From positions 1 through 20,317 of the forward strand of contig JANLWX010000031.1 in assembly GCA_031364845.1 (NCBI GenBank): DNA of 20,317 nucleotides. The letters run 5' to 3'. The position numbers and the translations under genes are program-made. The notes below the pieces were generated by a model. It saw only the letters and a list, made by a program, of their open reading frames with translations. It had not been told where the DNA came from and did no database searches. Positions 8,094 through 14,718 of this stretch are shown here, in pieces; position 1 is the stretch's first letter; each line of letters begins with the position of its first letter. The stretch is from Candidatus Eiseniibacteriota bacterium. Its GTDB lineage: Bacteria; Eisenbacteria; RBG-16-71-46.

Positions 8094-8282
8094 ATGAAGC
8101 TCTGCTTCGTGATAATGCCGATCGGTTCGGGCGACGCTTACGATGTGTATCTCAACCGATACACCAACATCATCAAGCCCGCCGTGAAAGATTACCAACA
8201 AGACGGCGCCAGAATCTTCGGGCTCTTCCGAGAATCGAATGGCTGCATTCACTGCCCGCGCGTGACGCCGTTTGAGATTTGA
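8094..8282 (+). pseudogene. Truncated NDT-like cassette gene (N-terminal fragment only)
   Basis: MKLCFVIMPIG...YTNIIKPAV resembles TCFVMMPF...YELVYEPAI of the upstream protein. Similarity is lost after about 40 aa, and there is no RAD or NPNVFYELG motif and no following attC. Confidence 0.7.
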
Positions 8283-8310
8283 TCCTCAGCTGCAGCGGAC
8301 ACGGGAGAGT

Positions 8311-8350
8311 AGAAGGGCGGCCGAACCCGGTTTGTTCGGCCGCCCTTCTT
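8311..8350. terminator. Strong hairpin, probable terminator between the convergent cassette and hsd units
   Basis: Perfect 16-bp stem AGAAGGGCGGCCGAAC (8311-8326) / GTTCGGCCGCCCTTCT (8334-8349) with a 7-nt loop. The U-tract is weak. Confidence 0.65.
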
Positions 8351-8991
8351 CTGGCAGATGCAGCGTGTTGGCGGTGCCGCCCGCCGAGTCCACTGGAGCG
8401 TGGATCCGGACGCCGCTCGATATCTCGACCGTTGCCCCGCTGCTCGCCGTGCGCGTCACAGTCCAGCGCGCGGGCCGCGCAGGCGACTCGTTCACGCAGT
8501 TGGGCGGATCGGCTCCGCAATCGCACCGCGTGACCGTGCCACAACTGTTCGAGAACATGGGGCTCCATCGGTCTTTGTCGGACTGCTCGACAGGTGGAAG
8601 ACGAGCCAATGGCAACAGATTGCGTCCATCGTGGCTCGTCGACCTCGTCTGAAGTTAGAAGTTAGCATTCAACTTCCAGCGGGCGTCGAGCAGCGGGACG
8701 GTTGCGGGGAGGGCGGCTAGGTGATGAGTCGCTTTACCTGGCGGGCACGGGATGACGACCAGGCCAGGCCGGTCGATTGGAACGCGAAGTTTGCGCGCGG
8801 AGATCGGGACGGTGACGCTACGATAAACTAGGAGCCCGGGCAGAGACGAACGGTACCGGCCGCTGCTGGAGTTTGTATTGGACGGAACGCCACGATCAGC
8901 GTCCTTCACCTTTGTCGTTCGCGAACAATTCCAGGAGCAATGCCGCGATGTCCTCGCCGCGCGCGTTTGGCAAACCTCCGGAGGCTGCCCA

Positions 8992-10620
8992 TCATGCATC
9001 GAGATGGTGAACTGCGGCCGCGGCGAAGGAGGCGTGAGCGCCGCGCGCGGCGCTTAGCCGCTCTTCCAGACGGTCGAGCAGGCGCATCAATTCCTTAACG
9101 CGGTCTGCGATGCGCTGTTGCTCGACCCACGGTGGAATCGGCATTGCGAGCGCGAGCAGCGCTTGCGTAGGCAGCTTGCACGTCCCGTGCGTGGACCTTT
9201 CGACCAAGCGGAGCACGGATCGCTTGAGACCTTTCGTCGCGATCAGGAGGAATTGCGCGATTACTGGATCGAAGGGGACGAGTGCTTTCATGTCCTGATT
9301 TACGGTGACCTCATTCACAGTCAGGGCGGTAGGGAAGGAGTGTGCGAGGATCATCCCCCGTACGACCATCAGCAGCGATCCGGGCGGCACCCTCTTGACG
9401 GCAGATCCGGTCAAAGCTGACTCCGTGACGTGATCCTCAGAGTCGGCGATGAAGTCACGCTTCATGTCCTTAGGAGTCACCCACGGAATCTGGCCGCCCC
9501 AAAACGCAGAATTGCTTTTGCTCGGTGTTCCCCCGCCCAGTACCCCGCCGAGCTTGCTGATGGACGACCACTCCCACCCATTCGGTAACGTGAAGGGTGC
9601 TTCGTCGGATGGGAGGCCGGACATTCGCCCGGCGAGTCGTTTGCGGGCGGGTTCATCTGCTGGATCCTGCGTTACGAGCTTCCCCCTCACCGCCAGATCG
9701 AGCACCGTCTGCCGCAGCGGCGCGATGTCGTTCGGGTCGATCACCAGATCGTCCACTCGCTCCGCGAAACGATTCCACGCGACCTCGATCTCTTCGGGCG
9801 TGTCGGCTTGGCGAAGCGAGCCGAGGGTTGAGTCGCGGGCAGACGCTCGTGTGGCGTCGCGGGAGGATCCCGCGGCCTCAAGTCGGGCGAGCAAGCCCAT
9901 CAGTTCGTCCACGCGGGCGACGACGCGGTGCTGCTCGGCGAGGGGTGGGAGAGGGACGAGTAGGTTCGTCAACGAGGCCGAGTTCAGGGTCTGACCCTTG
10001 ACGGCTGCGTTCGTCTCGACGCCTGCGGCGACCAGCGGAAGGAATCGGAACATGTAGCCGTCCATCCCGGCAACTGCTGGGAACACCGAGATGATGGCCT
10101 CATTGTGGTAGCCATCAACCGCGAGTCGGGCCACCTTCCCGATGGTCAGCTTGAAGCTCATCAAGATCGTGCCCTTTGGCACCGGCGGAGTGCGGAACAC
10201 CTCGGTCGCCGCCTTGTCGCTCACCCGGCGCTTCGTCGCGGAGACTTCTCCGTAGTGCTCCATGTCCGCGATGCTCACCCACGGATGACCGCCTTCGTCT
10301 TCCCAGAACCTGGAGTCCTTAGTTGGGGGAGTCCTGCCGAGCGAGAAGTTCGCGATTTCCGAAAGGCGCACCCAGCACCAGGAGGTAGGTAGCTCCCAGC
10401 GGGCATCCAGCGCGTCAACCGCCGCCGCGTCACTTGCCCTGCTGCCGAACCCGCTGTCGCGGATCTTCTGGATCAGGACGCTTGCGGGTTCATTTGCCGG
10501 GTCCTGAGGCACGAGCCGCCCTCGCACGGCGAGTTTGAGAACCAACTCGCGGAGCCTCTCAACGCCCTGCGGAGCTTCGGCCACGGCCTCAAACGCAGCG
10601 ATCAGGTCGTGCGGCGTCAA
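8992..10620 (-). CDS. hsdS: Type I restriction-modification specificity subunit (two TRDs, EcoAI-like layout)
   Basis: Duplicated conserved blocks LAVRGRLVPQDPANEPA / LAVRGKLVTQDPADEPA, LPTSWCW / LPNGWEW and PLPPLAEQHRVV / PIPPWVEQQRIA. The TTG start overlaps the hsdM stop (TTGA). Confidence 0.93.
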   Translation of the reverse strand: MTPHDLIAAFEAVAEAPQGVERLRELVLKLAVRGRLVPQDPANEPASVLIQKIRDSGFGSRASDAAAVDALDARWELPTSWCWVRLSEIANFSLGRTPPTKDSRFWEDEGGHPWVSIADMEHYGEVSATKRRVSDKAATEVFRTPPVPKGTILMSFKLTIGKVARLAVDGYHNEAIISVFPAVAGMDGYMFRFLPLVAAGVETNAAVKGQTLNSASLTNLLVPLPPLAEQHRVVARVDELMGLLARLEAAGSSRDATRASARDSTLGSLRQADTPEEIEVAWNRFAERVDDLVIDPNDIAPLRQTVLDLAVRGKLVTQDPADEPARKRLAGRMSGLPSDEAPFTLPNGWEWSSISKLGGVLGGGTPSKSNSAFWGGQIPWVTPKDMKRDFIADSEDHVTESALTGSAVKRVPPGSLLMVVRGMILAHSFPTALTVNEVTVNQDMKALVPFDPVIAQFLLIATKGLKRSVLRLVERSTHGTCKLPTQALLALAMPIPPWVEQQRIADRVKELMRLLDRLEERLSAARGAHASFAAAAVHHLDA

Positions 10621-12149
10621 TCTTTCTCCGAGAGAAGCGCCGCAGCGAGAACCTTTCGCAGTTCGTCTCGCAGCGCCGCCGCTGCCGCGCGCTCATTGTC
10701 GAAACGCGCCAGCAGGGTGTCGGGATCCTCGTGCTTGTCCTGCGGGGCGTTCGGGTTGGCGATGTCGAGGTTATAGCCGCGCTCGCGGATTTGCTCGATG
10801 GTGACCTTCCACGCGAGGGACGTCTCTTTCCGATCTGTCCACCACGCCTTCTCCGGCTCGAACTCCTCGATACGCATCGGCTTCGTCTTCGAGTACGAGA
10901 TGCAGCCCTCGGGGTACGGGTGCTCGTAGTACCACACCGCCTTCGTGGGCTGCCCCTTCGTGAAGAAGAGCAGGTTCGTCTTGATGCTCGTGTACGGCGC
11001 GAACACGGCGTTGGGCAGACGCACGATGGTGTGTAGGTCGCACTCGGCGAGCAGATGCTCCTTGATGCGCGTCTTCACGCCCTCGCCGAATAGCGTCCCA
11101 TCGGGCAACACCACTGCCGCTCGCCCGCCCGCCTTGAGCATCTCGACGATCAGCACGAGGAAGAGGTCTGCCGTCTCGCGAGTGCGGAACGCGACGGGGA
11201 AGTTGTTTTCGATCCCGTCCTCCTCCATGCCGCCGAAGGGTGGGTTCGTCATGATCACATCGACTCGGTCCTTCGAACCGATGTCGCGGAGCGGGCGCGA
11301 GAGCGTGTTGTCGTGGAGGATGCCAGTCGGCACGTCGATGCCGTGGACGATCATGTTCGTGACGCAGAGCAGGTGAGGAAGCGGCTTCTTCTCGACGCCT
11401 CGGATGCTGGCCTGAAGCCGGGCCTCTTGCTCGGGGGTCTTGACGTGCGACTTCCGCATGTTCTCGATGGAGCAGGAGAGGAAGCCTCCCGTCCCGCAGG
11501 CGGGGTCGAGAATCGTTTCGCCGAGCTTGGGGTCTACCATGTCCACGGCGAACTGCGTCACCGCCCGAGGGGTGTAGTACTCGCCCGCGTTCCCGGCGCC
11601 CTGGAGTCCCTTCAGGATCGTCTCGTAGATGTCGCCGAAGAGGTGACGGCTCTTCGCGTCATTGAAGTCGATGTCGGCCTGCAGGCGGTTGATGACCTGC
11701 CGCAGAAGCGTCCCCGACTTCATGTACTGGTAGGCATCCTCGAAGACGCTTCGGAGCAGGAGACGGCGACTTCGGAGCTTCTGGGCAGCCCTCGCCTTCG
11801 CGCTGTCCCCATCGACCTTCGGGCCGATCTCCATGCCCTTCAGCGCGGGGAAGAGAGTGTTGTTCGCGAAGTCGAGAAGGCTGTCGCCTGTCACGCCCTC
11901 GGGGTCGCTGGCCCACGCCTTCCATCGCAGATCTTCGGCGCGGCGCGTCTCGCCGTTCTCTTGCCACGCTACATCCACGAGGGGCGAGCGGAAGTCGTCC
12001 TCGATCAACTCGAGTTCGCGCTCGCGGTCGTCCCAAATCTTGAGGAACAGGAGCCAGACGAGTTGGCCGATGCGCTGTGCGTCACCATCGACGCCCACGT
12101 CCTTCCGCATGATGTCCTGAATCGACTTGATGGTGGTAGCGAGCGACAT
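10617..12149 (-). CDS. hsdM: Type I restriction-modification N6-adenine methyltransferase subunit
   Basis: EcoAI-like N-terminus IKSIQDIMRKDVGVDGDAQRI, GEYYTPR, motif I DPACGTGGF, motif IV NPPF, and VLPDGTLF. Confidence 0.96.
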   Translation of the reverse strand: MSLATTIKSIQDIMRKDVGVDGDAQRIGQLVWLLFLKIWDDRERELELIEDDFRSPLVDVAWQENGETRRAEDLRWKAWASDPEGVTGDSLLDFANNTLFPALKGMEIGPKVDGDSAKARAAQKLRSRRLLLRSVFEDAYQYMKSGTLLRQVINRLQADIDFNDAKSRHLFGDIYETILKGLQGAGNAGEYYTPRAVTQFAVDMVDPKLGETILDPACGTGGFLSCSIENMRKSHVKTPEQEARLQASIRGVEKKPLPHLLCVTNMIVHGIDVPTGILHDNTLSRPLRDIGSKDRVDVIMTNPPFGGMEEDGIENNFPVAFRTRETADLFLVLIVEMLKAGGRAAVVLPDGTLFGEGVKTRIKEHLLAECDLHTIVRLPNAVFAPYTSIKTNLLFFTKGQPTKAVWYYEHPYPEGCISYSKTKPMRIEEFEPEKAWWTDRKETSLAWKVTIEQIRERGYNLDIANPNAPQDKHEDPDTLLARFDNERAAAAALRDELRKVLAAALLSEKD

Positions 12150-12172
12150 GGCGTTACCTCACCCCATTCCCT

Positions 12173-14503
12173 TCATGCGACAGGTGCGTAGAGGGCGGTC
12201 TCAAGCTCGTGCACAGCGCGCTCGTAGCCTTCCTTCCCGCCGAAGTGGCCGACCAACTGAACCGGCGTCCCGAGATCCGAAAACGGCTGCACGCGCAGCA
12301 CGCTCATGTCCTCGATGGGAGCAAGCCCCTCGCTCGCGTACTTGTCGAGCAGCGCGTCGAGAACCGCGCGTGCCTGCTTGCCGTACTTGGTGAACACGTC
12401 GCGCTTCTTCACTTGCTCGGCCCGCTCACGCCGAGTGAGTGGGGGGCGGTCGTAGACGATGTGACAGATCATGTCGAATGAGTCCATGTCGTCGCCGACC
12501 CCGTCCCGCAGCGCCTCCAGCAGCACGCCCTGCTCACGCAGTTCGTCGATGATCACTTGCTTGCGCTCGGCGGACGTCCAGCGGCTGAGGAAATCATCGA
12601 AGGTCTTGAACTGTCGCGCAACGGCGTTCTTGGTGTAGTCGGCCAACGACTCGGTGATCAGCCTGCCGTCCTTGTCGTAGTACTGGACGCGCTCCGCCAT
12701 GACGGACACGGGGACACCACTCACGACGAACTTCGTGCGGCCATCTGGCTCGGGCGGCGGAGCCGGGGGATCGGGCGTACCGGGCGGCTCCGGTGGAACA
12801 GGTGAGCCACCCGGAGGTGGGTCGTAGATGACAACTGGCTCGCCATCCCAGTCGGGGTCGGCGAACAATTCCGTCGCCTTCTTGAAGTCCATGATCGTGA
12901 ACCAGAGCTTCCCCGTCTCTTCGTGGATGCGGGTGCCGCGACCGATGGTCTGTTTAAACTCGATCATCGATTGGATCGTCTGGTCGACGACGATGAGTTT
13001 GCAGGTCTTCGCGTCCACCCCTGTCGTGAGCAACTTCGAGGTCGTCGCGATCACGGGGTACCGCTTCTCCGGGTGGATGAAGTCGTCGAGGTGCTGCTGG
13101 CCCCCCTCGCTGCCACCCGTGATGCGGACCACGAACTTCGAGGTATTCCCGGCTTCAGCGGGGATCTGCCGCGCCACTTCGTTCACGAGTGCGGAGCGCA
13201 TTCGCTCAGCGTGGTCGATGTCCTCACAGAAGACGATGGTCTTGCCGTATGGGTCCGTCCCCACGAGGTACGTGACGATTCTCTCTGCCACGCGCTTCGT
13301 ACGCTCCTTGAGCACGAGCACGCGGTCCATATCGCGCAGGTTGTAGATCCGGTCCTCGACCACTTGACCGTGGTCGTCCGTCATGCCTGCGGGAGGCCGC
13401 CACCCTTGAAGGTCCTTGTCGAGGTCGATGCGGACGACCTTGTAGGGGGCGAGGAACCCATCATCGATGCCCTGCTTGAGGGAGTACGTGTACACGGGCG
13501 TGCCGAAATATGTAAGCGTTGAAACCTCTCGGGTCTCTTTTGGCGTGGCTGTCAGCCCCAGCTGGATGGCGGGCTGAAAGTAGTCCAGGATCTCGCGCCA
13601 TGCGCTGTCCTCCTTCGCGCTGCCCCTGTGGCACTCGTCGATGACCACAAGGTCGAAGAAGTCCGGGGAGAACTGCTTGTAGACCTGCTTCTCCTCTTCC
13701 TCACCCGTGACGGCTTGGTAGAGGGCGAGGTAGACCTCGTACGACTTGTCGGCGATGCGGCCCTGCACCTTCGTCATGACGCGACCGAACGGCTTGAAGT
13801 CGTTCGTGATCGTCTGGTCTATGAGGATGTTGCGGTCGGCGAGAAAGAGGACACGTTTTACCACGCCTGCCTTCCACAACCGCCAGATGATCTGGAAGGC
13901 GGTGTAGGTCTTCCCAGTGCCGGTGCTCATCGCGAGCAGGATGCGACGTTGTCCCCTCGTCACCGCCTCGATCGTGCGCTGGATCGCGATGCGCTGGTAG
14001 TAGCGCAGTTCCCGACCTGAGGCGTCCTCGTGGTAGGGGTACCTGATGATCTTGTCGGTCTCGTTCGTGATGTCCTTCCACGCTCGGTATCGCGCCCAGA
14101 GATCATCGGGCGACGGGAACTCATCGAGGGTCAACGTTCGCTCGACAGGGGTGGAGCTTCCAGTGCGGTCGTGGAAGAGGAACGCATCGCCGTTGCTGGA
14201 GAAGACGAACGGTACGTCGAGCGTTGCGGCGTACTCCAGCGCCTGCTGCATCCCGCCGCCCACAGGGTGGCTGTTGTCCTTAGCCTCAACGATTGCGAGC
14301 GGGAGATTGTTCTGGAAGTAGAGGAGGTAGTCGGCTCGCTTCTGCTTGCTGCGCGCTGCGATCTTGCCGCGCAGGATCACGCGGCCAGCGGTGAAGGAGA
14401 ACTCGCGGCGGACTTGCGTGTGAAGATCCCACCCCGCGCGCGTGATCGCGGGGGTGATCAAGTTCTGGCAGATCTCGGTCTCGTTGAGGTCCTTCTTGCT
14501 CAT
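12173..14503 (-). CDS. hsdR: Type I restriction endonuclease subunit R (EcoAI/EcoEI-like, 776 aa)
   Basis: Nuclease motif ADY...IVEAK, Walker A MSTGTGKT, DECHR, TATP, LLTTGVD and QTIGRGTR. C-terminal PLTRRERA...ARAVLDALLDKY resembles the EcoEI R C-terminal domain. Confidence 0.96.
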   Translation of the reverse strand: MSKKDLNETEICQNLITPAITRAGWDLHTQVRREFSFTAGRVILRGKIAARSKQKRADYLLYFQNNLPLAIVEAKDNSHPVGGGMQQALEYAATLDVPFVFSSNGDAFLFHDRTGSSTPVERTLTLDEFPSPDDLWARYRAWKDITNETDKIIRYPYHEDASGRELRYYQRIAIQRTIEAVTRGQRRILLAMSTGTGKTYTAFQIIWRLWKAGVVKRVLFLADRNILIDQTITNDFKPFGRVMTKVQGRIADKSYEVYLALYQAVTGEEEEKQVYKQFSPDFFDLVVIDECHRGSAKEDSAWREILDYFQPAIQLGLTATPKETREVSTLTYFGTPVYTYSLKQGIDDGFLAPYKVVRIDLDKDLQGWRPPAGMTDDHGQVVEDRIYNLRDMDRVLVLKERTKRVAERIVTYLVGTDPYGKTIVFCEDIDHAERMRSALVNEVARQIPAEAGNTSKFVVRITGGSEGGQQHLDDFIHPEKRYPVIATTSKLLTTGVDAKTCKLIVVDQTIQSMIEFKQTIGRGTRIHEETGKLWFTIMDFKKATELFADPDWDGEPVVIYDPPPGGSPVPPEPPGTPDPPAPPPEPDGRTKFVVSGVPVSVMAERVQYYDKDGRLITESLADYTKNAVARQFKTFDDFLSRWTSAERKQVIIDELREQGVLLEALRDGVGDDMDSFDMICHIVYDRPPLTRRERAEQVKKRDVFTKYGKQARAVLDALLDKYASEGLAPIEDMSVLRVQPFSDLGTPVQLVGHFGGKEGYERAVHELETALYAPVA

Positions 14504-14718
14504 GCCGCCTTGCTCGCGTCGATGTGGGTGCGACCGACTGCGATGCCCGGCACGTGAACCGCACGCGCATCGTCGGGTCGACCGCGGACGCAGGCTACCT
14601 GCCGTTCAGTGGTGAGTAGAACCGGGTGGAAGCTACCACAGGCCCTGCCCCGTCATGGAGCGAGCCCACTCGCGTCGCACTCGTGTCGTACGTCCGCCCG
14701 GCGGTGGATAAAAGACAG

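Noticed and set aside
8286..8615. Minus-strand 109-aa ORF with SNSCGTVT and Cys-rich segments reminiscent of Ig-like domains
   Set aside because: It runs through the terminator hairpin, has no clear RBS, and the resemblance is too short to support a call.
14531..14580. Imperfect hairpin upstream of hsdR
   Set aside because: Short, interrupted and GC-rich; not distinguishable from background.
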